IMG/VR virus record: IMGVR_UViG_3300006916_000044
Span: 1-64,000 of that record
Reading direction: 5' to 3' (one strand)
Length of the DNA stretch: 64,000 nt
From: a virus
Part shown: positions 20,901 to 29,235 of the stretch, one piece after another
Layout of the letters: each line of letters begins with the position of its first letter
How positions within the stretch are numbered: the first letter of the stretch is position 1
Program-made: the position numbers and the translations under genes
Notes under the pieces: model-generated
What the model was told of the DNA's origin: nothing
The model's database searches: none
What the model saw: the letters and a program-made list of their open reading frames with translations, nothing else

Positions 20901-22709
20901 GGTTATTTTAAAGGAGAGCAAGGTTTTATTCCTGATTATGGAGGGAAGTCTACAACACAAACATATCTAGATAATAAAGACGATGTACAAAAAGGACTTG
21001 ATTATGTATCTATGACAGGTATACCAGTAGTAAGTCAATTTGCTGGATATGGTAGTGCAGGTATTGATTTTGGTGATGCAGCTATGGCATATGCACAAGG
21101 TGATTATGATACCGCAAAAAAAGAATTTGCTAAAGGAACTACAGGAGCTGTAATATCTACAATTCCAGGTGGAAAAACTGTAGCTGGATTAACAAAAGCT
21201 GGTTTACAAGCAACTGGTAAAAATTTAGCTAAAGGTACAATAAAAGGTGGAGTAAAAAGTACAATCAAAAATGCAATAAATGAAACTGATGATACACCTT
21301 TATATGCTGAAAATCTTGAAGAACCAATTTATGGAGGTATGCTTCCAGAAACTACGGTAACACCAAAAACAAAATATGGTACAGAGTTGCCTATAGCACA
21401 AACAGGTACTTTTAAAACTTTAGCACAAAAAGGATTAAATGCATATAACAAATATATATTTAACAAATCTAAAGATGCTTTTGGTATATCAGGACGTATG
21501 CTAATGGATGATCTTACACTTCCTGTTGCAAATAGTGCTAATTTAATGTTACATAGATCATTAGATAATACTTATATTCCTAATTTATCTGGCTCAGACT
21601 TAGATAATTATCATAAATTAATAACTCAATATACTATAAATTCTGAACCATTTAAGTTTTCTTCATTTCCAGAAAATCAAGAAGTAAGTTTTCCTATGGA
21701 ACCTTCTTTTATGAATACAGATGGAACTCCTCTTTACACTTTTGATAATAGATTTGCAAGAGAATTAGATAATATTATTAATTCAAATAAAGTTATATTT
21801 AAAGGTGATCAAAATAAACCTCTTACATTAGTAAGAGAGTTTGAAGGATTTACTGATGTTCCTGTTGGCAAAGATTTTTATTTTACTAAAGATTATTATG
21901 GAGATATGAATAAACTTAATTCATATATAGATGCATTAAAATCTGGAAAAACTTTTAATCTTGGTGATATATCTTCATGGTCTGTAGGTGCTAATACAGG
22001 TTTAAATAGGTTTGGAAGTAATAGATTTATTATTGAAAATTTTCCATTAAGTCAAAATGCATTAATAAATAAATATGACTCACCATTATTTTCAAAAAAT
22101 CAAAAAGGTATATTCCGTGAAAGAGAATTATTATTGCCATCAACAACACAATTTAAAGTAAAAGATATACAATTTAATGTACCAAGAAAACCTTATCATT
22201 ATACTAAAGATGATGCTGGTAAAATTACAGACTTTAGTCCACATTATGGTGCTGATATTATATTAGATGTACAAAACAACACTAAAAATATTAAATTCAA
22301 AAAGGAAGGTGGACAAACAAAATATAAAAAATCTGTATTTAATAAAAATAAAATGTCTTTATCTGATCCTAGCAGATTAATAAATCAAATGCTAAAACAA
22401 GGCATATTTAAATCTGAGTTTAAAATGGGAGGTGAACAAAAATTAAGTAATGGATATACAATTAAAAAAGAATTTGATAATACAAATAATATACCTTTTA
22501 TATCATATACAAACGAACCTGATATAGAGGGGAGAGTTTATTATGAATCTGATGATGATGCTCAAATAAATGTTATTGATATAGAAACAAAATTAAATCA
22601 AATAAGATCTAAACATGAAAGAACTAAAAAAATAATTCTTAAACGTAGAGAAGGTAAAGTTTTATCTAATACAGAAAAACAGCATTTAAACTCATTAGGG
22701 TTATTGTAG
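17988..22709 (+). CDS. Polyvalent cargo/ejection protein: zincin + Wnt/lipocone-like + pre-toxin-like + ADP-ribosyltransferase domains
   Basis: Motifs HELGH..E; DNLRH..HE..DVFNNFVG; LDYVSMTGIP..AYAQGDY; LVR..SSWS..RERELLLP. First gene after the muzzle gene, where crAss-like cargo genes lie. Confidence 0.65.
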   Translation: MKYSKDGYKRNSKDRNNPFNIIPSGNITMKGVDFPVFGMDNLGYSKIMMPGTNYIFPGSSVFEVPLARVGIELPIYQNKGEVNLAEKYKYIPSQFFTVPEGEFTYDWTNRDGTKETRTGVYNPQWFEAGFEDSDAYYALSDDEKINFANNPYIDQYSGDMLHPLLWDEENLEKENKKRFLHGLYQKMYTKQDDGSYILNPEYETALGDARYLTTTDVPYADIPDEGVFSSTLAADPNNEMWYKELKPELYTEGKTMTGYAWDEDSQEYVYTPDMTYKDFLKQYKYIKDMPGMEGISRRDYKKRLQQGDIYWPQLQSPTQIAQFDQQYKSIMNPIKKEDIELQKEFFDNAISGDLYKQKLIDQGYENVDEIINMRKNALANSNVMYDQDSSSYLDEAYDRDPNLIQKILDKVSFLNDQYKESGIDYDYKDVFFANPYYTRIGEERTDADYDYDSIKARNNAEPNIYTDDQWGAIIQSQYGHTDVPAFRNLSKQIMQGETGSRTYTSGSRQGDVVLDPRQIQGLNIDMGFEGTSPQLKQQLQNVLAHELGHQMGSSRNDIDYNLNENDYNYIQDRMNVSDDASSHDQSVYERKADLEALRYDMYRTIGYDYSKDVLTPEVLEQYKQYIKDNPSPNLPTERMFQFFNDEDIIDINNTVAQNYEIGDDISDNLNLYFDLPLTQAKYGTEDFDGKLSKLQDKINVYLNDPSGRAKAFSDSDEELTNIDNLRHAMAGRYTAEELQNLVKAIPYGIGNILDTTGVDKLFGFLGSNALGVGHELSTLVKDERPFLAALQESGEDVFNNFVGSIVGSTDVSSEKKDNILRYLSDNNLLPDGYVQTDPDFSENVYWKNEDGSIKKPNFKSYKDGGENDEDTLAYSRLLKRFIPSAAVLAKNPLLTFAASMLYPKGAGKGSTLQTPSLEQQYQNYLNTTTPEERVKNELQYELMTGRPFYFNPIPISNIKEHGGEHSGFDWKGYFKGEQGFIPDYGGKSTTQTYLDNKDDVQKGLDYVSMTGIPVVSQFAGYGSAGIDFGDAAMAYAQGDYDTAKKEFAKGTTGAVISTIPGGKTVAGLTKAGLQATGKNLAKGTIKGGVKSTIKNAINETDDTPLYAENLEEPIYGGMLPETTVTPKTKYGTELPIAQTGTFKTLAQKGLNAYNKYIFNKSKDAFGISGRMLMDDLTLPVANSANLMLHRSLDNTYIPNLSGSDLDNYHKLITQYTINSEPFKFSSFPENQEVSFPMEPSFMNTDGTPLYTFDNRFARELDNIINSNKVIFKGDQNKPLTLVREFEGFTDVPVGKDFYFTKDYYGDMNKLNSYIDALKSGKTFNLGDISSWSVGANTGLNRFGSNRFIIENFPLSQNALINKYDSPLFSKNQKGIFRERELLLPSTTQFKVKDIQFNVPRKPYHYTKDDAGKITDFSPHYGADIILDVQNNTKNIKFKKEGGQTKYKKSVFNKNKMSLSDPSRLINQMLKQGIFKSEFKMGGEQKLSNGYTIKKEFDNTNNIPFISYTNEPDIEGRVYYESDDDAQINVIDIETKLNQIRSKHERTKKIILKRREGKVLSNTEKQHLNSLGLL

Positions 22710-22737
22710 TAAAATTAGTTAAATTGGTTAATTTTTA

Positions 22738-22753
22738 GTATATTAATAATGTA
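22738..22753 (+). promoter_or_regulatory. Conserved intergenic motif copy 3 (GTATATTAATAATGTA)
   Basis: Same 16-bp consensus, upstream of ATG 22776. Confidence 0.6.
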
Positions 22754-22775
22754 ACATGTTGTATATAGACAAATT

Positions 22776-25715
22776 ATGAAAAATAAAAGAAGAAATAAAA
22801 ATATTCAAACTTCAGAAGTTTATTCAATGCTTCCTGAATATCAATATGTTACAGGCATGCCAAGATATAAAAATGGTGCAGAGTATTTTAGTTATGATGA
22901 TTACATGACTGATTCAGTATTAGCACAAGTTGGAACAGAAACACAACTTCCACCAAATTTAATTAAATATAACACAAACTCAGAAAATCCTGGTAATACA
23001 CTTTTTGGAACTAAAGTAGAATATGGTGTACCAGAATTTTTACAAAAAAGTAGTCCATTATCTTCTCTTCTAACTGGAATAGGTAAGTTTCAAAATACAG
23101 GACAAAGATTTAAAAATGCATTTAGAAATATAAATCCTAAAACAGGTAACCCTTATAGCAAAATGGATTTTGCTAGAAATACACTTACTAATACTACAGA
23201 TGAAAATGTTTTAATTAATATGCCTAATCTTATCAGTGCTTATGATAAAAAAGGAAATATTATAGATGAAAAAAATACTGCTGAAAATTTATTTATAAAA
23301 CAAAATAAAGCTAAAAGTGATTATTTTAATACATTAGCAAAACAACATTCAGAAACATATGTTGATAATGAAGGAAATCCGTTATTAAGTCAACAAACAA
23401 TGGATGAATTTGGAAATGTTACTTATACTAATCCAGATGGAAATAGAACAGTTGGTGATAAAGCACAAGAACATCTTAAAGATACAAATACACAAAGAAT
23501 AAAATATAATGATGACTTTACAGAAGTAACAGAATTTACAAGATATGATGATGATGGAAACAAACAAATAGAAACATATGATCCAGATAAAAGATATAAG
23601 GAAATGTCATATACAGATACATTTAATATTCAAGATGAATTGAATCTTGGTACTGGATCAATATTAGGATCAGAAGGTTCCCAATATCTTAAAGGTGGAG
23701 GAGATTTTCCAAGAAATAATCTTGCTGCATTTATATACGGTGGAGAAGAAATGCCTCAAGCACAATTTGGGTTTAAAGGAAACTATAAACCGTATACACT
23801 AAGAGATGCTAATCTTACTGTAGGAACTAAAACAATAGCTCCATTAAATAGAATAACAAAGAATTTACCATATGGTACTGTAGACAAAGGTATTCAACAA
23901 GGATATGGATTTAATCTTAATATACCTCTTGTCTCAGGTCAATTTCTTAAAACACCAACATCACAATTAACAGGTAATATAAATTTAGGTAATACTGCAT
24001 ATAGAACACCTGGTAGTAATAGATATGCTACAAAGTATGTAGATTCAGATATGCAAATTATGCAGGATAATGCTCCATCACATTTACATAATGTAGAGTC
24101 TGCATATGGTGCATACCAAGATTATTCTGCTCCTTATATGACTAATGTGGGTACACGTGTTGGTATTGGTGGTGACTATACATATTCACCTTCAGGACTT
24201 GGTAGAGGTACTGCTCTTGATTTAGGTGCTGATTTTGGATTAAATTACAGTAGAGGTGAACTTGGTTCTGATTTTGCATATGTAGATAAATTTGATAATT
24301 TCCATGGTTTACCAAATGACGCAGCTATAAATATTTTTGAAACGGTAACACCTAGTCCTACATCTATGATGGGTCTTGATGCTGGAGTATATGCAGGTTT
24401 AAGAAATCAACGTATAGGACTTTCAGGTGGTTTATATGGTAATATTGGTGGATTAAGAACAACAAATCCAGGAATGCGTTTAGGAGTTAAAGGTAACATA
24501 CCATTATATAGAGGAAAAGGAAACATGCGTGGATTCAATGTTTCAGCTACTCCAGATGTAAGTTATGATTTTCAATCAGGTGCACCTAGATTTAATTTTG
24601 GAATTAGTGCAGGACTTAGAGATGGTGGAGAAAATTTACAAAAATATCAAGGTGATGTAGGCCCAAGTGAAACAAGTGAAAAAACATATACATTTAATGG
24701 TCAACAAGTTAGCAAAGAAGAGTTTGATAGACTGTCTAAAGAAGCACAAAATGAACTTAACGCTGGTACACCTGATTGGGCTAAACAAGGATCATTTGGA
24801 GAAACATTTAAACCTTATACCTTTGCAGATAATAATGAAATTACTTCATCTGATATAGACGAAATTACAGTTTCAGGTGCAAATAATGAAGAAGTTAGTT
24901 CAACAGTAAATCCTGTTATGACTACTCCTTCTATGGATGAAATTGCTGGTGGTACTCCATTAGATTTAAATTTAGGAACTCCAGATTATATGAATCCTCT
25001 TGGGATAAATCAAGAAGTACCAACTAATCCTAATCAAATTACTACATATGAAGTAAGTAATGAAGGTACACCTACTGATAATACTAATATACCAGTTGTA
25101 GAACCACAAAGTCCAGCTGCTCCTTTAACAATGGACTTTGGTTTAAAAGATCTTACTGATGAACAAAAAGCTAATATGACTGATGCAGAAATAAGAGCTT
25201 ATGAAAGAAATGATAGAGCAACTGAAATATATAATGAAGTAAGTGCAGGAATAAATACCGGTGCTACTGGAACAGCTAAACAATTACTACAAGAAGGATC
25301 TAAAGTAATTACAGATGCAGCTGATATTATTAATCCTATTCTTGAAGAAGGCAACCGGGTGGTAAATGAATTAGAAACAAAAAATGAACAAGATGAAGTT
25401 AGTGACTTTATGAATCCTATTGAAGCAAGTAGAGGTGATAAAGGTGATTTTGATGTTAACACAGGAGTATATAGAGCTACAAGTTTAGGATATGGTGATG
25501 GACCTAGAGGTCAAATTGCACAAATGGGTGCTGAAACAAATGGTATGCCTGAACCAGATTATAAAAGTTTGCAAAGATTTTTAAATCAAGCTGTGGTTGC
25601 ATATAATCCTCAAACGTTAATGATGCAAGCAAAACATGGTGATGAAATTATTGATGCAGATATGAAACTAATAAAAGATTTAATGGCAGCAGGTGCTGAT
25701 TTTGAAATTATATAA
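22776..25715 (+). CDS. Putative cargo/ejection protein with central beta-barrel-like segment
   Basis: 979 aa. Recurring xxG(G/A/T)E motifs, Gly/aromatic amphipathic strands at ~23760-24630, and position in the cargo block. Confidence 0.5.
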   Translation: MKNKRRNKNIQTSEVYSMLPEYQYVTGMPRYKNGAEYFSYDDYMTDSVLAQVGTETQLPPNLIKYNTNSENPGNTLFGTKVEYGVPEFLQKSSPLSSLLTGIGKFQNTGQRFKNAFRNINPKTGNPYSKMDFARNTLTNTTDENVLINMPNLISAYDKKGNIIDEKNTAENLFIKQNKAKSDYFNTLAKQHSETYVDNEGNPLLSQQTMDEFGNVTYTNPDGNRTVGDKAQEHLKDTNTQRIKYNDDFTEVTEFTRYDDDGNKQIETYDPDKRYKEMSYTDTFNIQDELNLGTGSILGSEGSQYLKGGGDFPRNNLAAFIYGGEEMPQAQFGFKGNYKPYTLRDANLTVGTKTIAPLNRITKNLPYGTVDKGIQQGYGFNLNIPLVSGQFLKTPTSQLTGNINLGNTAYRTPGSNRYATKYVDSDMQIMQDNAPSHLHNVESAYGAYQDYSAPYMTNVGTRVGIGGDYTYSPSGLGRGTALDLGADFGLNYSRGELGSDFAYVDKFDNFHGLPNDAAINIFETVTPSPTSMMGLDAGVYAGLRNQRIGLSGGLYGNIGGLRTTNPGMRLGVKGNIPLYRGKGNMRGFNVSATPDVSYDFQSGAPRFNFGISAGLRDGGENLQKYQGDVGPSETSEKTYTFNGQQVSKEEFDRLSKEAQNELNAGTPDWAKQGSFGETFKPYTFADNNEITSSDIDEITVSGANNEEVSSTVNPVMTTPSMDEIAGGTPLDLNLGTPDYMNPLGINQEVPTNPNQITTYEVSNEGTPTDNTNIPVVEPQSPAAPLTMDFGLKDLTDEQKANMTDAEIRAYERNDRATEIYNEVSAGINTGATGTAKQLLQEGSKVITDAADIINPILEEGNRVVNELETKNEQDEVSDFMNPIEASRGDKGDFDVNTGVYRATSLGYGDGPRGQIAQMGAETNGMPEPDYKSLQRFLNQAVVAYNPQTLMMQAKHGDEIIDADMKLIKDLMAAGADFEII

Positions 25716-25717
25716 TT

Positions 25718-28700
25718 ATGAAAATTAAATTAAAAAATATACCAGAAGGATTTGAAATAAAAAACGGTAGGCTAATTAAAAAAATGGCTGAAGGTGGTAC
25801 CGTAAATAATACTTTACAACCTGTACCACGTGATGAAGCTAATGTTGAAGCAGAAAAAAATGAAACTGTTTTAACTGATGCAGATCAAGATGGTTTTTAT
25901 GAATTATATAATATTGGTGGTAAAAGACATTCACAAGGTGGTACACCATTAAACTTACCAGAACAATCTTTTATTTATTCTGACACAAGAAAAATGAAGT
26001 TCACAAAAGAAGAACTTAAAGAACTTGGTGTATCAGCATCTAAAAGATTAACTCCTGCAGCAGTTAGTAAAAAATTTCCTATTAACAAATATATGGAAAT
26101 TCTTAAAGATCCTAGCTCAGACGACATTGCAATTCAAAGTGCTGAGGCTATGATAAAAAAGAACAAAATAAAACTTTCACAAATTGCTTTTATGCAAGAA
26201 AGAAAAAAAGATTTTGAAGAAGGTTTACCATTAGCTGCATATCCATATCTATTAGAAAATGGTATAGATCCAAAAGAGTTTGAAATGAAGATTGAACAAG
26301 CAAAACAATCTGAACAAAAAATGGCTCAAGGTATGCAAGAAGGTATGCCACCACAAGGACAACCATCACCTCAAGAAATGGAACAAATGGCCATGGCTAT
26401 GCAACAGCAAAATCAAGGTATGCCTCCTCAAGGTATGATGCCTCCAATGCCTCAAATGGATATGGCTATGGGTGGTATGGAATTACGTGATTTTATATAT
26501 GGTAAAGAAGGTAAAGAAGTACCTACTAACAAAGGATTTCAAGCATTACCACCAGCAGTACAAAAAAATATTATTGATAATATGCAAAATGGTGGACAAC
26601 CGTCAATTATACCTGCAGAAATGATGGAGCAGTATAATGCATGGAGGACAAAAAATAGATTAAAAGACATACCTGAAATACAGATGATGTTTTTAAATAC
26701 TATGAATAACCAGGCTCCTATAATGCCAGGTCATTCTACTATGTTTAAACCTATTGGACCTATGCCAGATGGTTTAAAAGAAATGAAATCAGGAACATTA
26801 CCTGGTTGGAAAGAAACATTAAAAGGTTTTATTCCTGATGATTATGATTATGTAGTAGATGATCCAATGCAAGGAATGAAGGATTTTATAAATTATATAA
26901 ATCCATTTGAAAAAGGTGGTGAGTTTAAACCACACATGATGTTTGATCCTAAAACAGGAAAAGGATACATGGCTAATAAAATGGAAGATCATTTACGTAT
27001 GGCTGACATGGGTTATCTTCATGAAGATGAAATGAAGAAAGCTGGTAAAAAAATGCAAAAAGCTTCTTATGGTGGACCAAAAGGAGAAGCAGCTTATTTA
27101 GAAAGAAGAGATGCTGCTATAAAAAAAGCTATGGCTGAAGAAGCTCAAATGGGTACAGAAACACAACAACTTACTGCTGAGCAACAACAAATGCAAGCAT
27201 TAGTTGATGCACAACAACAATTAGCTCAACAAAGGCAAATGATTATGATGGCTTATCAGCAAAATCCTGAACAGTTTTCTAGTCCTGAAGCTCAAGCCAG
27301 TCTTGAAGAAAGATTAATGTTGTTAGATCAAAACTTAAATCAAGTACAACAACAATTAAAAGTATTGCAAGAAAAAGAATTTTTGCAAGAAACAATAATT
27401 CCTTTATCTGAGTTTGTAGGAGAAACAAATACTCCAGCAAGTTTAAATAATCAAAATTATGATTTTTTTAATCCTAAGTTATTAACGGCAAGTAATGGAA
27501 AAGAGCTACCAACTTATCAAGAAGGAAATGGTGAAGATTCTTTTTCTTATGAAAGCACTGATGATTCTGGTTATCCAATATCATTAAATCCTTATTTTAG
27601 AACATCCCCAACTAGAAGATATATAGATGGTCAAGATAATCCTAATTATGATGCAGAGTTTGAAAGTAATATAGATAAAGGTATAGATGTTCATCAAAAC
27701 TTTTATGATATTATGATGCAAGATAACTTTAAAGGAGTTAGAGATGCGTGGATAAAAGCATATAAAGATTTAGATGATCCTAATAAAATAACAGGTAAAT
27801 CAGATAAAGAGTTATATAAAGCATTTAACGATATGAATATATTGTTTAATGCAGCATTTACAGCTGGTGTAGGTTTTAAAGATGCTGATATTAAAGAACA
27901 ATTAAAAAGAAATGCAGAAAAATTAGGAATGGAAGTTCCTAGTGAAGAACAAATTAAAATGTATCAAGGTATGTATAATGCCTTAGCTACTGTAAAAGAA
28001 ACTGGTACTGATGAGCAAAAGAATTTACTAAAACAAGTTAATGTAAATTATAGTGATAACACTGGTGGTGCTTATGAAATTGTACCAGGTAGTGGTAAAT
28101 TTGTTTCTAAAATTGATGGTAAAGTTGGTGATAACACAAGTCAACAATTTGTTTCTGTAACTGATGCTGAAAGAGAAGAAACAACTGTAGTTGAATATGC
28201 TTGTGATGAAAAAACCAAAAAAGCAAAGATACAAGAGTGTATGGAAAAAGGTCTTCCTTTTGAAGAAGCAACTTGTGAATGCGGTAAAGAACCAGTCATA
28301 ACACCAGCAGGAGAAATTCCACCATATTTAACGTTTCCAGGTGATGACATGAAAGTGGGTGCTTTAGCGGCACTTACAATGCAGAGAGATAAAAAATATG
28401 GAAGAATGCAAAACTATGATCCTCTTATGAGAGATCCTGGTTATGTAGATGATAGAGCTGCTGTAGCTGCTCAAACTGCTTTAGCTAATCAAGCTATGGC
28501 TGTTTCTAGAGATCCTTCTATGGTACAAGGTGCTGCGCAAGATCAAATAGATAAAATTCAAGCTAATAGATATGCAACAAACACTAAAATATTTGACAAC
28601 ACTCAAGCTTATAATGTTGCAGAAATAAATAAAGCTAGGCAAATGAATGATCAATTTATGTCAGATTATATGGATATGGTTAATACTGTAGATCAAGAAT

Positions 28701-29176
28701 ATGATAATGTAAAAGCACAAGATATGATGAATCTTGTTGATGCAGAAATAACTAGAATGGATAATGCTGATAAATTGTATGAACTTAATTTAAGAAATCC
28801 AAATTATTATTTTGATCCTCAGCAACATAGAACTATATTTCAAAACCCTGAAGCACTAGAAGCATTTAGAGGTAATCCTAATATGCAACCTGTAACATTA
28901 GAAGACGCAATTGCATCTTGTAAAAAATCAGGAGTACCAGAAAATCAACTTGTAAACTGTGCTAAATTAAAAATGGAATCTGTAAATAATCCATCAAATG
29001 TTGATTATACAAGAGATGAATTAGCAAATAATAATATTGAAGATAATAATCAAAATGATGATAACACAACAACTGGTAAATATGGAGGATCATTTAAATA
29101 TGGAGGAGCAGTTAGAGAACAAGATTTAATAAACAGTAGAATTAAATTAAGAAATTGGATAATGGGTAATAAATAA
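25718..29176 (+). CDS. Putative cargo/ejection protein (Met/Gln/Pro-rich linkers)
   Basis: 1152 aa. N-terminal NVEAEKNETV..GGKRHSQGG..FIYSD module, low-complexity MQ/P stretches, repeated xxGG motifs. Confidence 0.55.
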   Translation: MKIKLKNIPEGFEIKNGRLIKKMAEGGTVNNTLQPVPRDEANVEAEKNETVLTDADQDGFYELYNIGGKRHSQGGTPLNLPEQSFIYSDTRKMKFTKEELKELGVSASKRLTPAAVSKKFPINKYMEILKDPSSDDIAIQSAEAMIKKNKIKLSQIAFMQERKKDFEEGLPLAAYPYLLENGIDPKEFEMKIEQAKQSEQKMAQGMQEGMPPQGQPSPQEMEQMAMAMQQQNQGMPPQGMMPPMPQMDMAMGGMELRDFIYGKEGKEVPTNKGFQALPPAVQKNIIDNMQNGGQPSIIPAEMMEQYNAWRTKNRLKDIPEIQMMFLNTMNNQAPIMPGHSTMFKPIGPMPDGLKEMKSGTLPGWKETLKGFIPDDYDYVVDDPMQGMKDFINYINPFEKGGEFKPHMMFDPKTGKGYMANKMEDHLRMADMGYLHEDEMKKAGKKMQKASYGGPKGEAAYLERRDAAIKKAMAEEAQMGTETQQLTAEQQQMQALVDAQQQLAQQRQMIMMAYQQNPEQFSSPEAQASLEERLMLLDQNLNQVQQQLKVLQEKEFLQETIIPLSEFVGETNTPASLNNQNYDFFNPKLLTASNGKELPTYQEGNGEDSFSYESTDDSGYPISLNPYFRTSPTRRYIDGQDNPNYDAEFESNIDKGIDVHQNFYDIMMQDNFKGVRDAWIKAYKDLDDPNKITGKSDKELYKAFNDMNILFNAAFTAGVGFKDADIKEQLKRNAEKLGMEVPSEEQIKMYQGMYNALATVKETGTDEQKNLLKQVNVNYSDNTGGAYEIVPGSGKFVSKIDGKVGDNTSQQFVSVTDAEREETTVVEYACDEKTKKAKIQECMEKGLPFEEATCECGKEPVITPAGEIPPYLTFPGDDMKVGALAALTMQRDKKYGRMQNYDPLMRDPGYVDDRAAVAAQTALANQAMAVSRDPSMVQGAAQDQIDKIQANRYATNTKIFDNTQAYNVAEINKARQMNDQFMSDYMDMVNTVDQEYDNVKAQDMMNLVDAEITRMDNADKLYELNLRNPNYYFDPQQHRTIFQNPEALEAFRGNPNMQPVTLEDAIASCKKSGVPENQLVNCAKLKMESVNNPSNVDYTRDELANNNIEDNNQNDDNTTTGKYGGSFKYGGAVREQDLINSRIKLRNWIMGNK

Positions 29177-29235
29177 ACTTTAAGAGTTTAATTTATTATA
29201 CATTAAAACTTATAAAATTTTAGTATTTTTGTAAT

